Assembly (NCBI GenBank): GCA_051294375.1
Contig: CM119264.1
Location: 27,111,341-27,165,051 of the forward strand
Direction: 5' to 3'
Length of the DNA stretch: 53,711 nt
DNA from: Paraspadella gotoi
Taxonomy: Eukaryota; Animalia; Chaetognatha
Shown: positions 1 to 39,090 of the stretch, one piece after another
How positions within the stretch are numbered: position 1 is the stretch's first letter
Layout of the letters: every line of letters starts with the position of its first letter
The notes under the pieces: generated by a model
Told to the model about the DNA's origin: nothing
Seen by the model: only the letters and a program-made list of their open reading frames with translations
Databases searched by the model: none
Made by a program: the position numbers and the translations under genes

Positions 1-251
1 GATATTTTTTTCGGTAGTGATGCGAGCTTTGAAGTTAATGTTCGACAGCTGATAGACCATGAATGGGAAGAAGATAGTGGAAAAAAAATAAGATCTGTTC
101 ATAATTTAAGAAAATTCTCATGAAAAAAATGTTATTGTTTTATTTTTTTCGATGATGACGAAGTCTGGAATGAAGATGCAGCGAAAAAAAACCCCACCCA
201 TCTAACTCACCTTTCAAATTCCTCACTTCCCCCCGCCCACCCCCGAAACAG

Positions 252-28094
<27,843 letters not shown>

Positions 28095-28356
28095 GTAAGT
28101 CCTTTATTCTCTCGGGGGTCAGGTCAGAAATTTTAAAGTGGGTTAGCCTAAAATTTTCTGAAAGGGCCAAGACATTTTTTCATTTGGATCGCAGATCTTA
28201 AAAAATACGAGATCCAAATCGACAATGTGTTTTATTCTTTATAGTTTTAGGATTTCCTGAAGACGGCGCAAGCAGTCCCTTAGATTTGAGTTTTTTCCTG
28301 TATTAACAAATGGGCAACCAAATATTGGCGAGTGAAGAGCATTTTTAACATAAGTG

Positions 28357-28439
28357 GGACAGACCGACAGACAGACATACCGACAGACCGACCGAAAAGT
28401 GACTTACAGAGTTGCCCCGCGAGTACTCGCTGCGCAACC
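28357..28439. mobile_element. Probable non-autonomous element remnant (GACA/GACC microsatellite plus terminal hairpin; Helentron/DINE-like layout)
   Basis: gacagaccgacagacagac...aaagtgacttacagag followed by hairpin GTTGC..GCGAGTACTCGC..GCAAC. A similar layout occurs at ~40569-40740 (ggacggacagac...gacaaagtaaattgtagag). The family assignment is inference. Confidence 0.35.
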
Positions 28440-30588
28440 CCCATTCAACCCCTTCAAATCTCTCCATCCCCATCTAATAATACCCCCATCTCCCCATCTC
28501 CCACCACCCCCTTTCTCTTCACTCCCAGGTCTTTGCTACCCACATTCTAAGCTTGAAGGACCGGATTTTCCCATCTGCAAATCAACTTCATCTAAAACGA
28601 CTTAAGGTTCAAAGCAACGTCGTCGACATCGGCGACCTAAGATTAAAAACCCACCACCATTATCTTCATCGTCATAGTAATATTAATATTAATAACAATA
28701 ATCATATTATATCTAAGTATAAGCCTTCGAAAAATAGCGGTAAAAGAAGAAGAAAAAGAAGAAGAAGAGGAAGAAGAAAGATTTCGACGACGTCAGGAAA
28801 AATCGACAGTAAAATAAAGGAAACTAAACAAAAGAAGAAACAAAGAAAAGGATGTGATTTTTCGATTAGAATTGCTTCCCTGATGTGGCGCCGTCGATGT
28901 GTGCTAACCGAGCCCGCCGAGCTCACTGGGTGGCTAAATGTGAAAAAGGCCCGACCGGATCGAAGGCCCCTCGGGACCGGAAACGCCGGACGTCGGCCGC
29001 CGACGCCCGCCGACGAGTCCAACCCTTTCAAACGTACCCAGGAAACGTTAAATAGCCTCGTTATTAATTATATATTTCGTATTAAAAATACACTTAGATT
29101 TATTGTTTACGCGAGATATGGTGTTCTTTTGTTTGGATCGTCGGCGGACGACAGAGTTTCCTTAGTCCCGACGCTTAAATTTCCGACAATAATAATAACA
29201 ATAATAATGAAAATGATGATAATAATAATAGCCTTAGAATCTTCGTACTACGCCGTGTCGATTTTAATCATACTGATAAATAATATACTCCTTAATATTG
29301 TACGATTGAAATCGATGATTCTCTATCGTCCGTTACTATTATATTACGTACTAACAACATGCACAAGTCATTTTTTCAGTAACAACAGTATCTCTCTTTT
29401 TTTTTAATAGTTTTCAAAACGATAAATATAGTTTGAACGTATAACTCGTGTATTCAAAAGTAGATCCATTTTATTCGAAAAAAAAAAGGAAAAAAAAACA
29501 TTTTTTTTAGAAATTTTTTGCATCAGCATGCCTTTCTTCCTTTAAGCTATCGTACTTATTTTTATTTTTACAACTTATTTTTTTATATCCTTGAAAAGAA
29601 ATTCAGAAATTCAACCCTTCTATAAAAATTTGATAAAAGGAACAAGAGCAAAAAAAAAGGATAAAATGAAAAACTAGTTGGAATTTTCAATCTTTCTCCC
29701 CCTGACCCCAAATTTCTCTTTCCTCACCACAACGATCCTTCGACTAGTTTTTTTTGGGTTTTTGAAGGCAACGTTCTCATCCTCGGTGACGAACGTAGTC
29801 GCCACTGTGGGGGTCGAACCACTGTGGGGTCGAGCTAAATTTTTTCAAAATGGCTGCCAGAAAAAAAAAATTCCGGTGACGTCACGAGACGTCGTAGCAA
29901 CAAAAACGGTGACTCTGTACGAGAAGCAAAGACACAAAAATCTTTCTTTATTTACAAACAAACCAAAACCAAAAAAAAATACCCCCCAAAAAATACCACC
30001 ATTGTAAAAAAAAGTGAAAAAAGAAAGTTATATAACAAAAAATAACGAAGCGCTTAAGAGGATAAACAAAAAAAAAGGCAAATACAAAGTTGCTCTCTCT
30101 CTCTCTCTATTACTACAATTATTATTTTTAAGGAAAAAAAAACAAATTTGACTGGAAGAGATTGTCCAGTTTGCTTTCCGTATTTTTTTTTTTTTTTTAC
30201 GGTCAAAAACCGAAACGAATCATTAAATATATTTTACCTCCTCTTTTTTAATTTCTCCTCTTTGATTTTCTCCTTTTTAATTTCCTCTTTTTTTCCACTA
30301 AAGAAAATTCTCTCTCCCCCCCCCCGTCCCCCAACTTCTTATTTCCCCTCGTCTATCTGTACGTAAATAAATAATAATACAAAAATTTCACTCGGGAAGA
30401 ACAAAACAAAAAAAGGAAAGGTTTAATACTTTTTTTAAGAATTAAAACGAAACACTTCGATTCTTGACTTTCCCCTTTTTTCAAATAAGAACAACAAAAA
30501 CAACAACAACGACGACGATCCAGAAATCGTCTTCCTTTTGACGGCGACGAATTTGGATCTCTCTCTCTCTCTCTCTCTTCTCTTCTCT

Positions 30589-30642
<54 letters not shown>

Positions 30643-33097
30643 CTCCTCTCTCTCTCTCTTTCCGAATGATCCTCTCTCGATTCGTAAAACGAACCATGGC
30701 GCGCCCCGGAATTCCGTGCTCCGCGCCGCTCCGCTGCATTAGACGCCGCGTAGCGTTTGACGCGACGCCGGGCTCGCTGTCGCGCGGCCACGGCGAGCGC
30801 GACGCCCCGGGGGAAGCGTTCCTTTGAACTCACCCAGCGTCAAGGTCGAAACTTACCCCGAACAAATTTTTGAAACGAAAAGTTTTTTGTCGCGGAGAGA
30901 AAAGCGATTGAAACTTTCGTAAAATCAATATTTAAAAAAACAAACAAACAACAAAAAGACACAAAACGAATAAAATAATAAAAGAGCAATCGGATTTGAA
31001 TTCATCTCTTAAGAGACAAAACAGATAGAGAGAGAGAGGATTTATCGGTTCTTACTCCCTCTCCCTCTTCTTCCTCCCCCCCTCCCAAACTCTACATATT
31101 TCTCTGATTTAGAAACAAAAACGAAAACCAATTAAACTTTCTACGCTTTTCACTCTCATTTGTGTCTCTCGATCTTTCGCCCATTAACTGTAATTTAATC
31201 CTGTCATTTTGTTTTCAAACAAACAAAACAACAACCAAAAAATACGATATTAAACGAACTCGTCTTTTTGCCATACTTTTAATTTCATCTTGCATGCTTT
31301 TTTTTACGCCATAATCGACACTAGCACATTTTTTTTTAATCGAGTTACGCATTTATATAAAACGCGTATGTTTTTTTTTTTACCCAAATGTACCCGTTAG
31401 AATTAACAATTTTGAGGTGGAGATTATATAATTTAATCGGAAATATAAAACAAAACAAAAAAAACTTGGCCAGAGAAAAAAACTTTGCTGAGTTCGATAT
31501 TAGCATGCAACGAAAAAGTATCTTCCCGCTTTCACCTTTCAACTTCTGTTCTCTTTTAAATCGCGGGGCAAAAAAAAAAAAAGAAAAATTCCAACAGTTT
31601 TCTTTTTCTTTCTTTCTTTCTTTTTTTTGGATCGACCGAATTCCTGGAATTTCTAATTTGCCAACGAGACGGTCGATCTCGCAAAACCTGTTGGTCGGTC
31701 AGCGTCGGGATTGTTGCCAAATCCCTCGCCCCATTGCGATTGTCTCATTTCCTTCCTGACTTCGATATTTCCCCTGCCCCTCTCCCCCTCTCTCCGCCCT
31801 TTTAAATGTTTGTAGCGTGATGAAAAATGTTAACAACATTATGATGCATTCGTCTAGATTAAAGGACTCCATATATTGTATAAAGAAAGTCCGAAACAAA
31901 AATAGCGAATGCCATAATCACTTAACATGGTCTGCATCTAATTCTTCTATTATACCCCTCATCTTTATTCATACTATATATACATAGATTACACGAATAT
32001 TAGTTTTCGAGTCTGATGACAAAAAAAAAACAATAGTTCATACGTTCGAGTTTATCCTCTTTTGCAGCAATAATCGTGAGAGTTACTTTTTAAATGCAAT
32101 CTTGCTAATTAAACATTTATAACCTACTCTTATAATTTTGGTGCAATTCCGCATACAGCAAACGTTTGTTTCTCTCTCATACCGCATACTTTCTTTTTAA
32201 CCGCAGTTAAAAAAGTTTTGAATGTTTAATGTGAACATCAAATAATTAATACTTAAACTAAAAAATAAAATACTTAAGCCTTATATCAAAACAATTGTTT
32301 TGTTAGTTTTTTTAAGCTTCGATTACGCTGCGCATAAAAAAGTAAACAAACCCAAAAAATCCATAAATAAACTTTCACTGTATGTAATGCAAAGGCCAAA
32401 AATCTGCCGATATCATCGATGCGATCGCGTTTCCCTACACTCTCGATCTCAGAGACAAAAACAAAAGACAATAAACGAATTAAAAAAACCTGACAGAACA
32501 CAACATATAACATTAAAGAAAGTAATTTTTTTAATTAATTTGTTTTTAACAATAAATTGACGCTCTTCTCTATCATCTGGTCCTCTGATGTTATTGCTGG
32601 CAGATTGATGCATTGATTTTGAGGCGAATGGAAAAGGCGAATTTCGGCGAAATTCATTTTTTTAAAATACGAAAAAAAAAAACATTTAGTCGTGTGATTA
32701 GCTTTTCAGGCTTCACTTTTTTGACAATTCGGCCGGAGAAAAAATATACATTGACTTTTAATTTAATATTTATCGTATTTACAGGTTCATATTGTAAGAT
32801 AGTTCCGTGCCGGTTTTCAAAAAAAAATTACTCGTCCATTGACGAGGCCTTTCCTGAAAATATGGTCACGCTCGATCGGGGCCGCACATCCGCCTATCGT
32901 CCTCGTCTCTCCAGATGTACATTCAAGCGAGCATGCATGCAAATTTAAGCATGCGTGCGAGCAAAGCAAGCATGCATTCAGATATCCTTTGTAAGCCCAT
33001 CTGAACATCTACGCCTATAAGCCTATATGCGCCTATAAGCGGCTCTAGTATTATCGTTTTAACGAAACCCAATTTTCTTTGTAAATCGTCTGCGAGA

Positions 33098-33129
<32 letters not shown>

Positions 33130-36106
33130 GCGGCGTCCGTGCCTGACGTTTCGAAATATAAAAAAAAATGAAAAAAAATTAATTCTCGGTTTTTGCGAGC
33201 AACAAAAAAAAACATTCGTTTCTCAAAAAAAAACAAAAAAAAAACATGGCGAGCAAAGGATGGAGGGAGTTTTTGAATTAATTGTCCCTTCCCCCCACGA
33301 CGCCCTTTAACGAGGAACGAGGAGTACTCGGTGTACAGCACGAATTAATCTCCCGTTTATTCGAATAACGAATTTTTTCGAAATATAAAAAAAAAAGAAA
33401 TATTCTTTTAGACGTGCGTAGATATATACGTTGTCAATTGATAATAAAAAAAAGTTAATTTTTAAGGGGTCTTTCATTGGCTCCGAGTTAAAAAAAAAAA
33501 CAACAAAAAACAAACAATCGTTTTGTTATTGTTAATCTGGTTTTTTTTTTTTTTTTGTGGTTCGTCTAAAAGGTTATTGACTTTTCCACGCTCTTGCCAT
33601 TCTTCTGTCGTCGCGTCCATGTTTTTTAACCGAAAAAAAAAAGAAACGAAAAAAAAGGAATTTCTTTTTTTTTACATTTTTCTTTAGTTGGATTTTCTCA
33701 TTCCAGAATTTTGAATCGTTGACTGTTGAACTTTTCATAAGAGTCGAGAAAATGGATTTGTTTTTAAATTTTACTTTCGCTTTTACCCACTTTGTTAGTA
33801 TTATTTTTTTGTTTTATTTTATTTTTTTTAAGTTCATACCCTGTACGGATTCTAATTTTCCCCACGTTTTCTGTTTTGGGGGGAAGTTTGGATCGATACA
33901 AAGCGCGAATGAACAGAACTCGAAATGTGTTTATCTACAAAATGTTTGCCATGTATATCTAATAGTGTGAGAATTTTTAAAAAATAGGGTCTTAAAAGGG
34001 TCGCTGATCCCATCTCTCGTTTTTCTTACGATCAACAGTCAAGAAATAAAAAAAGATAAAGTATCCGATTCTGCGCCCCGATCTTTTTATTTATAAGTTT
34101 TAGCAGTATTGTATTAGTTAAATTTGTTACCATGTATTTATTTATGTCCCGTTTTTTGTTTACTATAATTTTAATAATTTCTTTGATCGTTACCTGACTT
34201 TCAATTGTCACCGATTCGTCCTTATTTCGACGAAAATTTGTTTGTATACAATCCGAGATTTTTTTTGTGTTTATTTGTTCCTGTCTCTTGGCTTTATGGA
34301 GACGTTATTTACATACCGCTCCCTCTTCTCCAAGTTGTATTCCGTTTTTTTTTCTCCATGAATGTAGTTAACAAATTTAGATTTCATCGGTCAGTTTTTA
34401 TTTTGATTATTTGTTAAAAACAACAACAAAAAACCGAATCTAAAAAAAAAATCACAACAGAAAAAAAAAAGACCGGTCTTTCTCAATTTTTTCTCAAAAC
34501 GGATGCAATACTGTAGTGAACTAGTTAAGCTTTATCGAATAACATAAAACGTACGCATAGTTCTGGGTGGTATTATACATTGAGGGTTTCCGTGTATTGT
34601 CACGAAAACCGTATTCTCACAAAGAAAAGTCCTCGTGATACCTCAGTTGTAATATCACAAACGAACTAGTCAATACGAATTACGATCATTTTTTTTATCA
34701 TTTTTAGTTGTAGCGCTTATTGATCAATTGTCTATTTTTCTCCAAATATCCAGAGCCAAAAAAAAAAAAACTTTAGCCAAAAACTCCCCTTTTTTTGTGA
34801 AAATCTATTTTTTGTTTTTGGATAAAGTTTGGATTCGTTCATTATAATGATTGCCTGTAGTTCTCACTCTCTTCCGGCTACGGTTATATTAGTTGTGACC
34901 AAAAACATCAAAGCGAAGCAAGTGACCAGAAAATTGAAAAAAAATAAATAGACCAATAAAGATTTTTTTTAAAAGAGAAAAAAAAAGTAATTGGGTTTTC
35001 GTAGAACTTACTTTTTTTCGTTGCGCCGGCCCCTTACCCTCGCCCCCCCCTCTCGAGTTCCATCTACCGCTTTTTTATATTTATTTTTTTCAAAACTGAA
35101 CCGTGTTTTCTTAAGTAAACCCACACCAAGCTTAGCTCTGATGTCCACTACATTAACATCATTAAACTTACTTTTTTTTTTTGGTTTATTTTTAATTATG
35201 ATCTTCTTGTTGTTGTGATCTTCTCTGGTTCCGCGGCGAACCTCCCAATTTTAATCCGAAACTCGTTACTCGTCGAAATTTCGTCGACTCTTCAACGTCG
35301 CAAACGAAAACAAATGAACAACGCGACGGTTTATATATATTCGTTTTTTTTTCCCTTCCATTGTTAAAAAAACAAAAAACAAAACAAAACAAGAACTGTT
35401 TTTTAACCGGTTTTCATTGATGTTTTTGTTAAATAATCGAGGTTTGACCGTTGGAGAGTCCGTTCTCGCGTTTGTAACGATTTGTAGGATCATCATGATT
35501 GTCTGTTAATTTTATTACGTATATTTTTTTTTTCTTGGATTCGAAGCGAAAACCGAAATTGCAAATCTTCATTCTACTTAAGCTTAATAAAAAATGGCAA
35601 AAACTATGATCTCACTTAACCAAAACAACTGCGTTTCTTATTTTTACATGTTTCAATAGAGGAGCAAGCTAAAGATAGGAAGGTTAGTATTACGTATTCA
35701 AGCTAATTCACTTAAATAAATGATCAGAGTAAATATGAAACGCCAGATTTAAAAATAGAATAGATTCTATAGATTTAAAAGTCGCGCTCAGAAACTTTGA
35801 GCAACGGATCCAAATAACATGACTGAACGACATCGAACGAAACACATAATTTCTTAGTTGCCCCTTTATCCTGTATATATTGACTATTCGGTGTTATTGA
35901 TTAATTTAATTTTATTTAATTTTATTTTATTTAATTTAATTCTATTATAATTAAAATAAACATGCAATATTCTCCCACAAAATTTTTAGACGGACAGCAG
36001 GGGCCAACTAAAAATAATTAAAACTGAAAGCAACAAAGATTCTTGAATTTCGTAAAAATAAAGTTTAAAAACCGAATATCGTCGCGATTCGATAATAGGT
36101 GCAACT

Positions 36107-37667
36107 TCAGATGGCGTTAGCTTTCTCTGCAGCCTGCTGCTCAAGCTGCTGCATGGATAGGCGGTGCTGCAGCTGCATCTCCCTCACGGCCTCCGGTTCA
36201 CCGGGGCAATGTTTCATGAGAAAATGCTTGCGCCAGTATTCCGGCGGAAGGCAGACCCCGAATGTCTCCAGCAGCAAAGGATTTTCCTGCCGCAACGTAA
36301 CGTAATGGGAAGGGGGATTTGACGGGGGGGCGGTTGCGAGGGAGAAATTTTTAAAGCTCTTGCCATAAAGCATTGGCAATAGTAAGAGTAATAATAATCA
36401 TTTAAAAAAAAAAGCGACTTCAAGAATGCAAACCTTGACGGATTTCTGAAAATCGGAAAACGAGAGGCGCCCGTCGCGATCGTGATCCATCATTTTCAAC
36501 GTGATTTCCACCAAATCCTAGCAAAGTTTAAATTAATTTATTAAATTATTTTATTAATTTTAAAGCCACAAAACGTAAAACATTGAGGCGACATTCGCAC
36601 CTTGACTCCTTCGTCGGCGTCTTCGTCCGACATGTGCTTCACCACCATGCAATTCTTGAGCAGCTGCAACATTTCTTCACGGGAGATGTAACTGAAAGTT
36701 GAATCATTCAGATAACAAAAGTTCTTTTTCCAAAAGTGTACGATTTCAACATAAATTAAGAATTAAATAAGTTTTTTTAATTAATTAAACTGCCTTAAAA
36801 AATGATTTCGCTATATAAATTGAAATATTGGCTACAAATAAATATAATTGTACTTCCCACAAAGATTCTCTATTTAAATATTAAATATTAAATATGTTTT
36901 TAAATTTAAAAATTAGGTTAAGGAGAAGGATTAAGGATTTTGTTAAAGAATAGGTTTAAGGGTTAGGGTTAGTGGTAAGGGATTAAGAATTAAGCTAATA
37001 GGATTAGGGTTAAATAATTAAATTAAAATTAAGTTTAAGATTTAGAAACAGAAATGGGTCGCTGTCGGAAAATAGCGCCGCTTTAAATTTGGCTGACCCG
37101 TCGCTGTTGAGGTCGTAGCATTTAAAGCAAAACTTGACTTTGTCGTCTTCGTTTCCGTTGATGAAGAGATTGAGTCCCTCTATCCATTCTTCAGCCTGAA
37201 TAAATCCATCGTTGTCCTTGTCGAACGCCTTAGATAAAAAAAAATTAATATTTAATTGTTAACAACGATTTTTTGACAATAAAAACGGACATGTTCGGTG
37301 GGTGTGAACGGGTGGGGCAATTTTTTTGCTAGAATAAATCTTATGGATGCGGTTGTCTTTCAAAGGCCGACAAACTCACTGAGAAGCGTGATATCATCAG
37401 AAGTATTAAAAAATTAGTACGGCGGGAAAATTAAATTTTTTTCACGCGTCAAACCTTGAAGACTCTATCCAGCAGGATATCCTCCACCATCATGAAGTTG
37501 GTGTGGAGGAATTCCCTGAAGACGCTCCGCTCGATCTTGGAGTCCGTCTGGAACCAGAGGAAGTGGCGAAGGAGGCTGAACACCGACTCTTCCTTCAGAT
37601 GAACTTTGGCGCTCAAATCGTGCGCCAACTTTGCTTGGTCCTTTCGCGCCACATTCCCGGATGGCAT
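36107..37667 (-). CDS. EFCAB1: Calaxin / EF-hand calcium-binding domain protein 1, ~232 aa
   Basis: Exons 37667-37455, 37228-37098, 36691-36601, 36517-36434, 36286-36107. [72 protein letters not shown] and ENPLLLETFGVCLP match calaxin (three EF-hands and the LLLEAFGPCLP-type tail). Confidence 0.93.
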
Positions 37668-37990
37668 TGTCTAGGCGAAATGGGATTGATTGATTTGATT
37701 GAAATGATTGACTTTGTTCACGAAAAATTCGAGATATAGAAATAATAACGCAATACAATAATTTTTATCAAATTTAAAAACTTGTCATGCGTAGAAATTA
37801 TTCAAATTTGTAACTCTGAATATTTTAATTCGCAGACAGAATTCCCAAGGGAAATTCTCGTCAAGAAAAAACTTGTTGACATAACAATGGAATAGCATTT
37901 TGTTTCGTCTCCGCTTCGTAGTTAAGGATCTTTTTGATTTCGTTCTTTTCCGCTTCTCGTATGAGAGGCGCTTTCATCGACAGCTGTTTG

Positions 37991-38004
37991 GTTGCCATGG
38001 CACC
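37991..38004. promoter_or_regulatory. RFX X-box in the EFCAB1/SPAG1 divergent interval
   Basis: GTTGCCATGGCACC, one mismatch from the canonical palindrome GTTGCCATGGCAAC. A weaker X-box/forkhead-like site TGTTGACATAACAAT lies at 37874-37888. Confidence 0.75.
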
Positions 38005-38542
38005 AGTCAAGCCATTTGAACAGATGCCAAAACCAATTTACATACCTTCCGATTTTTTGTACAGCCGACTATTATTGTTAATTCTTGACCTAAACTGCAC
38101 TTTAGATTTTCTAATTAACTGCTTCTATCTTTAACTAATCGACCGATGGGTGATAATAATCTATTTGTCGAAAAACACTGTCCTCAAAGGAATAGTTTCT
38201 TTCTCTACTATTTAATTAATTATTCTGTGTGTTTTTTTGTTTTTTTATTTTTTTTTAGACGTAGTCTTGCTTGATGTTATTGACTGTACTGAATCAACCA
38301 TGTTGAATTCGAAATAAAATGTATAATAATAATACAAGCCAACCGTTCTTGAAACGACATTAACGATCCATCTTTACGGCGACCCCTACTTTATGGCCGT
38401 AGATTATCTTCTTACCGTAAAACGGTGGCCATAATTGATAGAAGAACCCGCAACAACCACCGAACAAAAGAAAAACAAAAACCTATAATTCAAATAAAAT
38501 TTAAAAAAAAAAAAACAATTTGAAGCAAAACCTAAATACAAA

Positions 38543-38852
38543 ATGTCTTCCATCATGGATTCCCAGCGTACGAAAAAGTACGACCTGCCCCTGAGCCACT
38601 TCGAGTACGACTACTTGGAGAATTGCACGGACGCGTCGGAGTTGGAGAAGATCATCAAGACGCTCCGCTCCGGCGAGGAAGGCGCCTTCCCAGATCTCGA
38701 GAAGTTCGCCGAGGAGAGGCTGAGGAAGTTGAAGCCCGAGAGCGCCGTCTTGAGGAAAGCCGAGAGGCTTACCGTCTTGAGAGATTTGCCGCAAGAGGAG
38801 AAGGGTGAAAGAATGGGTAGAGAAGAGAAGAGAGAGAAGGGAGAGAAAGAGA

Positions 38853-38910
<58 letters not shown>

Positions 38911-39007
38911 ATTTGTTATGTACAATGTACAATTGTACATAATAAATCAAATTGTACAAATCAAATTGTACATTGTAGAGAGAGAAGAGAGAGAGAGACA
39001 AAGAGAA

Positions 39008-39049
<42 letters not shown>

Positions 39050-39054
39050 GAGAG

Positions 39055-39090
<36 letters not shown>

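Noticed and set aside
28553-29407. Stand-alone 284-aa gene
   Set aside because: Starts at TTG, has no domain and is partly simple-repeat derived. Considered only as a possible ADAR1 readthrough extension.
36915-37015. Telomeric repeat
   Set aside because: Only a few degenerate TTAGGG-like units inside an EFCAB1 intron.
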